From Paraphysomonas bandaiensis (taxonomy: Eukaryota; Protista; Chrysophyceae): a stretch of 64,000 nucleotides of DNA. This document shows, in pieces, positions 1 through 11,650 of the stretch. The notes under the pieces were generated by a model, which ran no database searches, was not told where the DNA came from, and saw nothing but the letters and a program-made list of their open reading frames with translations. The first letter of the stretch is position 1. Each line of letters opens with the position of its first letter. The translations under genes were made by a program, and so were the position numbers. The DNA is taken from assembly GCA_965644295.1 (NCBI GenBank), contig CBFFRP010000376.1, positions 62,001 to 126,000 of the forward strand, in the 5' to 3' direction.

Positions 1-1913
1 AATACTAACCCTTTTCCTTTAACTACAACTTGTCCTCTCTTGTCGAAGTCAAACACCTCTGAAACAAAATGTTAGAATATGGATAATGATGAAATATTCA
101 CCACGTAGGCCTCGCATCACCTGAATATTCCTGCAGTGACTGAAACGTACTAGGCGATAAAAGAACTCGTCCGGGCAAAGAATTAGAGCACATACGAGAT
201 GCTGTATACATATGAAAAGGAAACATGTGAGACATAAATTCAGTAAAATAGTTGCCACATCATAGGAGCGATGTGTTTTAAGCAACAGCTTTCGCTATAC
301 TGTCGGTAGAAACAGGTATTCAAATAGTTTACCACTACGAATTCATACCTGTATTAACCGTATCGCCAAAGAGGTGGTAGCTGTAAGACTTTGTTCCAAT
401 GACTCCTGCTGTCACAGGCCCTGAACAAATACATTATTCCGCATGGTTTCGGATGCAGTATGTCATGTACATGATTGGGGCTACCTGTGTGAAGGCCAAT
501 TTGTAATTCCACTTTGGAACCATCAGGCCACGCCCAGCAACTATTCTACGAAGCATAGCGTGTTGACGTATAATGATTGACATTTATCAATATCACTAAC
601 TTCAGTGTTTCACAATTACTACATACATGCATACAGAAGCAGATTAATCACTACCTTAGCGGTTACCAGAAACGAAAGCGCCAATCTTGCCATTGTTACT
701 GCGTGCTCATTCGACTAAGTATACATATCACAGCCATATTAAAATATAAACCAGCCACATACCTCAACCGGGCATCCCGCACATGCCATGTACACATCAG
801 CTATGCTCTCCACCTTATATGCACCAGTTTGTTCAACTATATGGTCCATGACCCCCACCATTTGTTGAATTAATTCTACAATATCCTGAATACAACAAAA
901 TGGGCACAATTAAAGGTATATAATTTCTATATATACTTCATTGACAGATACAGTCTACATATATGTATAAAACAGAAAGATTACATGGGATTTGCTCTTC
1001 AATGAGTGCTCCTCAAATCCAACAATATGGCAAAATAAGATAGTCACGGACGAATGAAACGATGCTAATTTCTCTGTATACCCCTGCTTTAAAGCTTCAG
1101 AAATGTGTAGGGGAAGTATGGATTGGATCAGAGTGTCTTGTCGACATAAATCCGCTCCAATTCTAAGTTGTGACAGATAGCGGCTTCGAGATTCGGATTC
1201 AATGTGCTTTGTATATAAAATCTCGTACGCATACAGCAATGGCAATAAAACAATGCGAAGTCCCAAAATAGAATAGTTTCGCAATATATGCTGGAATATA
1301 ATAAAAGGCAATGTAGTTGTCAGTATAGTGTAGAGACCACATATTGAGACAGTATCTCCAAGCAGCATACCGGAACAGTTGAAGCACATAAATATATAGA
1401 ACATAGAGTCTCCAGTCGACCATATACCTACATAAAAGAGGTACGCTGACTCCTCTATGAGTCCTCGACTATGGTATGATACTGACACAAGGGTATGCAT
1501 AAAGAGAAGAAGAGCACCAATAACGGTATAAGTTAATCGAAGTAGTAAGAATGAATGTTTGGCTCCCATTTTGTGATAAGAAGATATCCACCCGACAAAA
1601 CACACCAACGCTATTGTGACTCGTAATACTAATTCATGTCTTTTCGCATAAGAAGGCCCGTGATATGTGCACATACAAACCAAGAGCGCCACCTGTGCGA
1701 GAATATATAACAACAATGCGATGCGGCACTGTGATCTGATGATGCCACTCTGAAACCGTCGAAAAGACTAAACAATAAAACATTAAAAAATTCAACGATA
1801 TGTTTCTCTTGATGCGTCACCTGCTCAAGGCCCTTATCATCGAAACAAGGAATGAAACTGATTGACGGACACGAGAATCTTCTCAGCATATTTCCCTCAA
1901 GATCTTGAGGCAT
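1..1913 (-). CDS. Multi-pass membrane class III nucleotidyl (guanylate-like) cyclase; multi-exon, runs off the left edge
   Basis: Several hydrophobic helices in ORF 955-1716, then LIQSILPLHIS and VTILFCHIVGF. Hand-spliced GT-AG exons give DIVELIQQMVGVMDHIVEQTGAYKVESIADVYMACAGCP (~764-886), ELQIGLHTG, GPVTAGVIGTKSYSYHLFGDTVNT, ASRMCSNSLPGRVLLS and VKGKG. Confidence 0.9.
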
Positions 1914-2299
1914 CGGACATATATTACACTCATATCATAAGAGATAGAATGAAGCTACACTGATATGTCTGGTAGATGGTAGCTTTATGTACTAACACTC
2001 GTACTATATATATATATATAGCAGTACAGCCTCAGTGTGCAGACACACTTTCATCAGCTGTCACTTTCATCATGATTTTATTGACATGGAAATGCGCACT
2101 CTGAAGGGTGTTAGCCACATGTCCCATCTGTCGTTGAAGTTCGGTATCGCACTGTATTTGAATATACAGACCAGGAATTTCTACAACGTACATACTGCTG
2201 CTCCTGCTGTACATAGATGTGTATTAGATCAGTGGGCATTTCCTCAGTCTCAGTCTTAGTCAGTCTGAGCTCTGATGCGATATATCACAGACAAGCATT

Positions 2300-4047
2300 A
2301 TGTTGATATCTCTTCTATATTTTCTGTCCATATGTGTTTTGTGTCGTTGTTTTATTGATGTTCCGTCCGAGAGACAAGTGCTTGAAAACATACGTATCGA
2401 TCATCATGTTTTAACGATACAGCCTGAAAACTCAAGGTCGGCAGTGAGCATTGCGCTGGAGTTGTGCAGACAATACGGTGAGTATTTTGCGAACAAGCGC
2501 CTACTGGATTGCATCCTGGACGTCGGGTCACAAATAGATATACAGCGCAATGACCCCACCTTTCATAATGCTTATTATAGCAACCATACAAATGTTATCA
2601 TAAAGAAGTTGAGCGATATCCCAGTGGACACTTCATATGAGTACAATGTGTCTGCTCGATGTGATACGTTAGAAAATGGACTTTGTAGTAACGGTGGATA
2701 CATTGAGGAGAGCAGCATTGCCGCAACACAGTTAAGTCATTTATATGAACAACACCGCAGACAGGCGAATAATATACGCGCACTTTCATGGAATACCAGC
2801 GATGTGTACTGTACAATGAGACATAGTCATGTCCTGCAAGAGGCGATTGCAAGTGTGCATAAAACTTTACAGCAGCCGTCGAAGTACAGAGGTGCCATTG
2901 TGATATTAGCCCAGGCGGGAAACCACTCTTCATATAACCGACATAGTGTGCCGCAGTTAATGTTGACTCTAGAGTATTTGTACAAGAACTTCAATGATGT
3001 GTACCGTGAAGATATATGGATATTTCACGAAGGGGACTTCGACTTTGTGCTTCAAGAGGAGGTCAGAATGGGAAGAATGGAGATAAGATTCTATACTCTG
3101 AGCGGAATAAAATGGTGATTACATCGTATTGTGTATCGCTGTATAGAAGTATGAATGATTATAGCATATCTATTATGATAAGACGTTTTAAAATTCATGC
3201 TTATTCTTGTGGCATGAATATCAGCTTTTTGTGATGTTGCTAAACATGTAGGGAGGTATACCCTGACTTTGTGAATGGTCAATCTGTTCTTCCACCTTTT
3301 TCAATTGGCTACCGCAAAATGATCCGCTTTTTTAGCGTTCTCCTATGGGAATTGATGCACGATATGGGATACACATGGGTTTGGAGGCTCGATGACGACA
3401 GCTTCGTCTTATCCCCAATAAACTACAATGTATTTACTTTTATGGAAACCTATGGCTACCAGTATGCATATAGAAACATAGCAATAGAATCTCCTGGGCG
3501 GTTGTTTTGGGACTTTGTGCAGTCTTACGTTATCAAGCACCAGATTAGAGATATTGGGCACATTATGGATACGTGTAGAATCAAGACTTCCATTCGAAAT
3601 TTCACTTTCAACAACTGTGGCCATATGCCTGGTTACTACAATAACCTTTTCGTTACAAACGTAAGTAAATGGATGGAGCCCCCTGTGCAACAGCTTCTGA
3701 AGGAATTTGATGAGTCAGGGATGATATTTTTGGAAAGATGGGGGGATCTCTCTATTCACTCGACTGTGGTACGATTGCTGTTCGACGAGGCCAGCGTCCA
3801 TCGTTTTACTGCCTGGGGATATGCTCATTTTTCAGGATCCCTTAATCTTCCCTATTTAGGTATTATGCAAGCCGGCTCACTTGATGTGGATCAATTTCAC
3901 ACATTGAAAGCCTTTGCAGATCGTAACGGCTGGGATGTATCGGATAGAAATAACCAATCGCTTTTTTCCTTTGTGAATAATAAATTGCTAACACTATCCC
4001 TCAGGAGCGCTTGTGAGTGGCACAATTATGCAATTTGTGTGTGCTAG
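2300..4047 (+). CDS. GT15 family (KRE2/MNT1-like) alpha-1,2-mannosyltransferase; intron 3115-3251
   Basis: Signal/anchor peptide; motifs GYRKMIRFFS, YTWVWRLDDDS, YYNN, SGMIFLERWGD. The GT..AG intron joins ORFs 2300-3118 and 3271-4047 in frame. Confidence 0.88.
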
Positions 4048-4321
4048 TTTTTTGTATGGCTATTGACGTATTAATCTTTATAAATGCCACTGATATAATA
4101 CTTATAATAGATACAAGAGTAAAGTGTGTAGGGCATAAACGTGTTAACATCAGACATTATACTGGAGTACTATTTATTGGTAAAAGCTCCTGGCTCACAC
4201 CTGTACACACAACAATTTATTGTTTCTGGCCAGTTTTGGTTGTGTGAGGCATGTCACGCCTGTTCATTATACTTTCTCCATTTGACCAGAAGTTCATATA
4301 TACCCATCCTTCTCCATTTTT

Positions 4322-4360
4322 GTAGCAGTGAATGTCTTATTATTAGCAATAGGCGTGTAA
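4322..4360 (-). mobile_element. 39-bp 3'-tail fragment of the dispersed retroposon family
   Basis: GTGAATGTCTTATTATTAGCAATAGGCGTGTAAG matches the terminal segment of the copies at 7681, 12833 and 55693. Confidence 0.75.
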
Positions 4361-6179
4361 GGTCCATTTCTATAAGAATTACAATAGTTTTGATGTCACC
4401 TTGTAAAAAACTCAAATCATTCTCAGAAGCCAATAATGAGTATCTTCAATCTAAAAATGATACCCTACCACTCATTGACACGTACAGAGCTACAGTAACA
4501 TGTGTAGACGAATAGACTCACATATAACATATATATGTTTGAGTTCCCTTGAATTATATATTATATACAACACCTATTGTATAAGTCACAGGATAAAAAC
4601 GACGATTATATCACCTTTCTTTTCTAAAGTATTATACTTAGTAAACCTAGAAGTTGGAAGAATCTGACGGATAGACTACAGGTACTTCAAATTATTATTG
4701 TTAGTATATTATGGTGTACAATTCCACGCCAGCTTTATCGGGTCAAAAATCAGCTCCCGAATATAATACAGAGTGCGTAGATAAGCTCATAGTTACAGAT
4801 CCTGAAATGTGTAGTTCATCAAAATTGCGTCAAAAATATTTTTAAATGATAATAGCTACGCATTATGTGCTGTGTGCTGTGCAAATACATAGAGTTAAAG
4901 TGAATTAGGTGAAACAAATGAGCGCAGATCTATATTAGAAGAGGTTGCTATCTGCTAAATCACAACAATTTCATCATTTTATAATCACAGTTCTTTATTT
5001 AATGTATATCTTCGCCGTGTGTATCTGGGATTTGTGTGTTTCAGCTACAGAGCAAGCTCATGTCTACTTAGATCATCAACTTCAGTGACATTCCCTCCCA
5101 AACCATTGTCTCCCGCATACAAAATGAAATTTAGTATCAATAGTAAGTATATATACGCACTTGAATGCAACTAACATTAACGTCATGGTCCAGCTCGGTC
5201 ATCTTCCTAGGCACTCCATGAAAAAGAGAAACTCCATTGTCAAGAATGATTCACAAACAGTTGGTGAACCACCACATCTATCAACAACATTCGTTATATT
5301 ATTGTATTCTACTAAAGACTAATGCACTGCAGCGATCAAAAGCTTTTGTACATGTCACTCATTGCACACACAGGACCATATGGCATTTAACTTCCCCCTT
5401 GGTTTCAGTTTAGTGTCTTATCGGGATCGTATGGAATGGTTTCCACATTAAATATTAAATATATGACCGTTTAGGTGGACTATGTCGACGAACTGTGCTG
5501 TCAGAGTAGTGAGATACCCCGGACATGTGCACGATCGGATACCCTGTGCGCTCAGTCATATGGGATGCACAGTCTACTACTCCTGCTCAACTGCATGAAT
5601 GAGTAGTACCACCGAACAACACTGCGCCATATAGTAAACTGTCATTTCAAGCACTTGTCAGGTCCAGATGTCTGTTTCCTCATATCTAGATCACGTGATA
5701 TCCGGCCCACATATCTAGATACATATCACATCTAGCCATTCCTAGCTAGGTACGTATGTACCACTGCTGCTGTACTGTTGTGCTGTACCTATGCACTATT
5801 ATTCTGTACGTATGTACATGTCCCTCGGCACTGCAGAATGATACGAGTGCAGAGGTACGACATAATCAGTCACGGCGGTCAGTGGAGAGTGTGGAGAGGA
5901 AGGTCGAGTTCTAAAGTTGCCCTCATAAGAGGCCTCGTATGCTCTTATATGCGGGGGCATGATGTAGCCTGTGATATGTACATCTGTACCGGTCAGTTGT
6001 GTTGCTGTCTCTTCTATCTGCGTCACTTTCATTGAAGATATTATCTGTCGTTTCTTGTTTCTGCGGTGCAGATATCTCTCTGTCTCTGTGTCTGTCTCTG
6101 CCTACTGCGATGGTGTGTGAGTTGACTCTATTTTGATCTGCTGCTCCTCTTTCTTTTTATGCAGGTGTCTCATACATAC

Positions 6180-7508
6180 ATGCTGTTGCAGTGGTGCGTA
6201 TCACTATCGTTAACATTATTGTTAGTGTTGCCTGCTCATGCGAGTGTTATGGTTCGGTTTCGTTTGTTCAATGGAACAGAGGTCGAGACTAGTTTTGTTA
6301 GACGTTACGCCTCTAATCGCGAAATATTGGCTGAGTCGCATGATTTCTGCTATCGATTGGTTCGGATGAATAGTAATTTTTACTCCGTTGACCTGTACAA
6401 CAACAAGTTTTTGCAGGCCTGTACTCGACATCTGAGTGTCACACTGATAGATTTCAACCCGCATCATTTAGATTGTTTAAATGGTTGTCTATATCTAACC
6501 AATCAGAAAGTGATGGAAAGTTACCCTCCAAGTCCGTACACGGCTAGAGTGCTTGCGAATTCCCCGTACAATGCAACTGCAAATACTCTAAATATAAGTG
6601 ATATTTATGGGGATAACTTTTGCGAGTTCATAAGAAGTTACCCTGCTGGTAGCATTCTGGACAAGGTTAAAGTGTCGAATCATTCAATGAAATCGTTTGC
6701 ACCTTTCCCTCGTGTGTTGTGTGCAATAATTACGTATTCTCCTCGGCATGCTTCAGCAATGGCCGTGGCGGAGACATGGGGGTCTCGGTGCAATGGGTTT
6801 CTGGCTTATAGCAATTCAACCGATCAGAGCATACCAACTGTCCAGGTAGATTTCAAGACGTCGGAAAGCATCATCAATTACTGGCATAAAAAAGTAGCTG
6901 TGTACAAAGATATCCATGAAAACTATGCAGCCTTTTTTGATTATATATTTCTTGGTGATGACGACACGTATCTCATAGTCCCCAATCTTCTTGAGTTTCT
7001 CACGTCCGATGATTCAATCATTGCTCTGGTGACTAGTGGTGGCGGAGTGTACGCTGGCCGCCCTATGCGACTTGACAGTTTTCCGAACATGCCCCGTTAC
7101 AACCAGTATTTCAACTCTGGTGCTGGATACGTGCTGGACCGCGTTGCACTGCGAGCAGCTGTCGAGGCAGTGAAAGAAGGAGAATGTGGGGAGGGCCTCA
7201 AAGACAACAACGCCGACGTCTATCTAGCGCAATGCCTGAAGATGTTCGGCATACACCCAGTTGATACAACGGATCGCAATGGGGCTAACAAGTTTCATCA
7301 CTACCACCCGGACTTGATCGCATCATACAATGGAGAGCTTCACAGTGAAGTGGGAAATTTTTATGCTCTTAATTCCTATAGCTTTATACCAGGTGTAGAT
7401 GGAGTTTCTGAACAATCACTCGTATTTCACTATATGAAGCATCCCATATATATGCGTCAGGTGGATGCGTATTTCTCTGTATGCGGAGAAGAAAGTATCT
7501 CTGTATGA
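6180..7508 (+). CDS. GT31 family (C1GALT1/Fringe-like) beta-1,3-glycosyltransferase, intronless
   Basis: Signal peptide MLLQW...AHA; TWGSRCN, FDYIFLGDDDTYL (DxD), GAGYVL, DVYLAQCL, FHY. Start could be 6159. Confidence 0.88.
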   Translation: MLLQWCVSLSLTLLLVLPAHASVMVRFRLFNGTEVETSFVRRYASNREILAESHDFCYRLVRMNSNFYSVDLYNNKFLQACTRHLSVTLIDFNPHHLDCLNGCLYLTNQKVMESYPPSPYTARVLANSPYNATANTLNISDIYGDNFCEFIRSYPAGSILDKVKVSNHSMKSFAPFPRVLCAIITYSPRHASAMAVAETWGSRCNGFLAYSNSTDQSIPTVQVDFKTSESIINYWHKKVAVYKDIHENYAAFFDYIFLGDDDTYLIVPNLLEFLTSDDSIIALVTSGGGVYAGRPMRLDSFPNMPRYNQYFNSGAGYVLDRVALRAAVEAVKEGECGEGLKDNNADVYLAQCLKMFGIHPVDTTDRNGANKFHHYHPDLIASYNGELHSEVGNFYALNSYSFIPGVDGVSEQSLVFHYMKHPIYMRQVDAYFSVCGEESISV

Positions 7509-7672
7509 TGTTGTACAATACAATCAACGCTATATATATACTGTTCATAAAGACTATTTTAAATGTAATGAATGTCTCTTGTCGCAGTAATAGTGCTGTG
7601 TATTGATGTGTTACTTCATATATTTATTTTAGTTTATTTTAGTATGCCCGAAACTACACGCTAACTAGATCA

Positions 7673-8225
7673 GTAGTGAGTAGTGAATGTCTGATTATTA
7701 GAAAATAGGCGCTTAAGAGTCAGAAATAATGTAGCAAAACAATTTAACTAACTAGTGCTTAACTATGATATCCTACTATTTAACGCTACGATTGCTGCTT
7801 ACTGCTTATGCGTCACCTCAACCACTAAGATGCAACCACTTTTGCTCTATCACTCAAAGCAAACTCAGTGAGCAAGCAGAATGTTGATATACCTGACATC
7901 TGCTAACTTAAGAATTTTTCTGTGAACTAGCCCGGATGCTTGACTTCAGCAGGAAGTCCAAAACCCCGGATGCCTTTTTGAGGCGGCCCTATTTCCGGAT
8001 GCCTGTTTATTCATCAAGAGTCAAGACGTCAAGACCCAAAGACGTCTACACAAGTGACACTAGTTATAGTGTTCCTTGTACCACACAAGCATTAGGCTAT
8101 GAGTGGGCAGAAGAATATTTGCTGAGACTATATATGAGTCTCACGCCAGTTTCTGGGAGAAATATCTCCTGTGTACTTATCCCCCAGAACACCACGAGAA
8201 GATGCGAGTCCGATTTTGTGGAGGG
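7673..8225 (-). mobile_element. Non-autonomous retroposon copy A (ribozyme-like head at 8225, LINE-like tail)
   Basis: Aligns by eye along its length with copies B, C, E and F; minus-strand 5' end CCCTCCACAAAATCGGACTCGCATCTTCTCGTGGTGTTCTGGGGG. Confidence 0.9.
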
Positions 8226-8717
8226 CACGATAATTCATTGCAGTATAATTACATCATGGGTTGAGCTAGGTATGTTTACAAGCATGCGACCTCATTATTT
8301 AATTTATTAATTAATTGTCTAGAACCAGCGTCAAATAATTGTTACGCAAAGAGAATCATTGATAAAGAAAGATCAGATATTTTACTATCACATTATCACT
8401 GATGTATTAGAAGATTAGAAGAGATGTATATTATTCAACCTAGTCAAAAATATTGAATTACCTCGTTACGGTAACTTGTAATGTGGCTATAATAGATAAT
8501 AGGTGTTTCATTAAGACACTAATAATGGTACAACGATAAGATGACTAAGCTATATACAAAGTACTGAGTATCAAGTTATTGTGCCCGTTCTGGTTTCTTG
8601 GCGCGCTCAGTATTTTTATAGGACTCTAATATATTTATTCTCAGACTATCTTCCTTTATTATTATATGATTATACACTTTTAGCTCAAATAAACTAATTG
8701 AAGTATACAATAATAAA

Positions 8718-9209
8718 CTCCAACAAAGTCGGACTCGCATCTTCTCGTGGCGTTCTGGGGGATAAGTACTATTTGATTTGGGTAACAAGTACAGGAGATA
8801 TTTCTCCCAGAAACTAGCGTGAGACTCATATATAGTCTCAGCAAATATTCTTCTGCCCACTCATAGCCTAATGCTTGTGTGGTACAAGGAACACTATAAC
8901 TAGTGTCACTTGTGTAGACGTCTTTGGGTCTTGACGTCTTGACTCTTGATGAATAAACAGGCATCCGGAAATGGACCCGCCTCAAAAAGGCATCCGGGGT
9001 TTTGGGCTGCTTGCTGAAGCCAAGTATCCGGGCTAGTCCACCTTAAGGACAGAGTGCGAAAGTGATTGTACCTTGGTTCTTGCGGGCACAAGTAGCTTTC
9101 GTAGCGTTAAATAGTAGGGTATCAGAGTTAAGCACTAGTTAGTTAAATTGTTTTGCTACATTAGTTCTGACTCTTACACGCCTATTGCTAATTATCAGAC
9201 ATTCACTAG
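8718..9209 (+). mobile_element. Non-autonomous retroposon copy B (inverted relative to copy A)
   Basis: Reverse complement of copy A; possible degenerate TSD TATACAATAATAAAC / TATAAAAAATAAAC. Confidence 0.9.
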
Positions 9210-9494
9210 TCTATAAAAAATAAACGTGCTTGCACAACAAAGTCTCACCAAGCTGAGGAAGAAACTTCCCACAGCAATTTTATTACTTTACTTTATGAAA
9301 TGCACCCATGTTTGCAGCAATGTTATGCATCATTTATACATAATTTATGGCTGCAAGAATATAAATCACACCAGATGCACTTATAACCCCGACGCGTGAC
9401 ACTAGCTATACGATTTCGTCATATGTACCGTGCTATTGCTGTCAGATAGCTAGCATCTATGGGTGTGCTTACTTTTGACACTGCCTAATATGAC

Positions 9495-11129
9495 TTATGC
9501 GTTAATCGGAATTGTCAGTATTGAGCCAGTAAAAAAATCAATTTTAGCTCCAGGAGGGCTTTGGTCAAGGTAGAGTCTGTCACGAGACGATATTACAACG
9601 GCAAGGCGGTTGCCCTTAGGCATGTCATAGGAAGACATTGTCACATTTACGTCGAGCTGTATTTGCTGGCCCGGTGTAACATCTTTAAAGGTCCAGGGAG
9701 AAAATGTGAAAATATGACCTATATCATTGTCCCCCACTGAGAGAAGATAAACTATCAACGTCCCACTGGAAGCTGTTGGAGTTATATACAGCTGGAGGTG
9801 TGGAATACCACGTATATGTACATCCGTTGTAAACACAGCGGATGCGAAAACGACCCCATATGTGCGACTAATATCCTCCATACGTACAGGCTTTTGAACG
9901 TCAAGATATGCATCCACAGTTTCAGTAATATACGCAATTCCTCCAGAAATATTGGCTGTTGCCCCAGTGGTTAGTGAGGCAGCGACATCGCTGGTCCGCT
10001 TTCTCAAATTGACTGGGGGAGTGTAGCCCGATAGTACTTCCTCCGACTGTAGTTCAAATAGCAAACTGCCCGTGGACACATCTGCCATGGAGTTGTACTT
10101 TTCAATTTCTCTTCCGTTCATCGCATTGAAAATCACCATTGGCATATCGTCATCAGGACCACTTTTATTGTCCTTCAAATAGAAGTCGTTCCACTGTCCT
10201 GCACGGTGCCACACCTGATCTGGCAGACCAAATATACCTGGTAGCTCAGGACCAGCATGATCTCCAGGAGCAAACTCAATATGCTTGGGTACTGTTAATT
10301 CGTCGAAAAAGGGAGGAAATTGATTCGGAGTGAAGAGTGAGTCGCCAAGAGCATTCGCAATGAAAATAGCCGCACCGTTATCGTTAATTTGCTCAATGAA
10401 ATTTACTGCCGAGGAGTTTACAGTGAATTCATACAGAAATTCCAGATTAGTGTTGCTGAAGTAGTCATCGAATACAAGTTCCAGGTCTTCACTCGGCTTG
10501 CCTGTGATTTCAGCTAACACTTGAAGAGCTCTCACAGCCTCTTCGCGAATAGTTTCGCCATTACCTAAAAAGCTCTCGGCCATATCCACCCAGCAGCTCA
10601 TTGCCACGGCACTCTTAATTCGGGAATCCATAGCGCTGCCAAGGAGAGAAATGCCTCCGCCATAAGAAATGCCTGCAGACAAGTCAGAAAAGACAGCAGT
10701 ATAAGTATATAGAAACTTACCACTCACTCCAATGCGATTTGGGTCAGCATTTGTATTTTCGATTGTCCAATCTATAACTGTGCTCAAATCGGCCATATCG
10801 TTCGGTCCAGCCATATCTATGACTCCGCCGGATTCCCAAAATCCACGAGCAGTGTAGGATACTATGGTGTAGCCGTCCCGTGCATACCTGTCGGCAGGAA
10901 TCACATACTCCCATTTATTCATGCCCCAGCTGGATATAAAAATGATAGTGGGATTCTTGTCGCTCTTGTATCCTGGGCGAGGATCAAAGTAGATAGACTT
11001 CAGAGTGACTCCATCATGAGCGGTTATATCCGCTAAACGAAACCCAGCTTGAGTTAAATCCTCCACACTAGAGTTCGATAAGCACACCGCCAATGGCAAC
11101 AGGGCCACGGACAAAAAGGTAGTTAGCAT
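9495..11129 (-). CDS. Secreted CocE/NonD (peptidase S15 family) alpha/beta hydrolase; in-frame intron 10673-10720
   Basis: Signal peptide MLTTFLSVALLPLAVC; YTARGFWESGG; after splicing RIGVSGISYGGG (GxSY nucleophile elbow); GDH; PepX-like C-terminal domain. The ORF extension to 11339 is microsatellite. Confidence 0.88.
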   Translation of the reverse strand: MLTTFLSVALLPLAVCLSNSSVEDLTQAGFRLADITAHDGVTLKSIYFDPRPGYKSDKNPTIIFISSWGMNKWEYVIPADRYARDGYTIVSYTARGFWESGGVIDMAGPNDMADLSTVIDWTIENTNADPNRIGVSGKFLYTYTAVFSDLSAGISYGGGISLLGSAMDSRIKSAVAMSCWVDMAESFLGNGETIREEAVRALQVLAEITGKPSEDLELVFDDYFSNTNLEFLYEFTVNSSAVNFIEQINDNGAAIFIANALGDSLFTPNQFPPFFDELTVPKHIEFAPGDHAGPELPGIFGLPDQVWHRAGQWNDFYLKDNKSGPDDDMPMVIFNAMNGREIEKYNSMADVSTGSLLFELQSEEVLSGYTPPVNLRKRTSDVAASLTTGATANISGGIAYITETVDAYLDVQKPVRMEDISRTYGVVFASAVFTTDVHIRGIPHLQLYITPTASSGTLIVYLLSVGDNDIGHIFTFSPWTFKDVTPGQQIQLDVNVTMSSYDMPKGNRLAVVISSRDRLYLDQSPPGAKIDFFTGSILTIPINA

Positions 11130-11191
11130 ATCCAGCAATATTAGTAATTCACACCCTCCCAATATGAAGAGAAGCAGAGTGTACCTGCCTT

Positions 11192-11301
11192 TATGTATGT
11201 ATGTATGTATGTATGTATGTATGTATGTATGTATGTATGTATGTATGTATGTATGTATGTATGTATGTATGTATGTATGTATGTATGTATGTATGTATGT
11301 A
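11192..11301. repeat. (TATG)n microsatellite, about 27 units
   Basis: Directly visible perfect tetranucleotide array. Confidence 0.98.
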
Positions 11302-11650
11302 GGTAGGTATGCTCTGCTTGTATTCGTGTACCTATTCATCTACGTACTTTGGGAGGTATGTGTACAGCACCTGTACAGAACTCTCCTGACACATGATAAC
11401 TACACATGGTTACTGTGTTGTGGTTAGATACACGCCGAGCGGAACATATGGGCATTTTGGAATCTTTTTACCACTTGTTTGAGCAGATGGTAATGCGTTT
11501 CACACTTTTGATATTACGACAGAGTACCTGCTCATAACATATCACCGGAGTGATCTTAAGTATGGGTGCGACTGGATCGATGCAATTGGAAGGTATGATG
11601 CCATCTGCTCGCACTCATTATGCCTTGTTAATCTTTACGTAGAGTTAAAT

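Noticed and set aside
7931-8003. CCGGATGC motifs resembling bacterial REP elements, CRISPR repeats or a hammerhead ribozyme
   Set aside because: They are short internal duplications with no regular repeat-spacer array, no cas genes and no CUGAnGA/GAAA core.
7936-8310. ORFs inside the repeat copies (also 8680-8985, 13085-13366, 33326-33550)
   Set aside because: They are antisense to the element, and frames and stops differ between copies; the shared peptides only reflect DNA homology.
9195-9210. Helitron or MITE interpretation of the repeat (CTAG|T end)
   Set aside because: CTAG is not conserved across copies and there are no TIRs. The 11-bp TSD, 5' truncations and LINE-shared tail favour retroposition.
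11130-11427. YIHT/MYVC repeat peptides in the ORF track
   Set aside because: Translation of the (TATG)n microsatellite.
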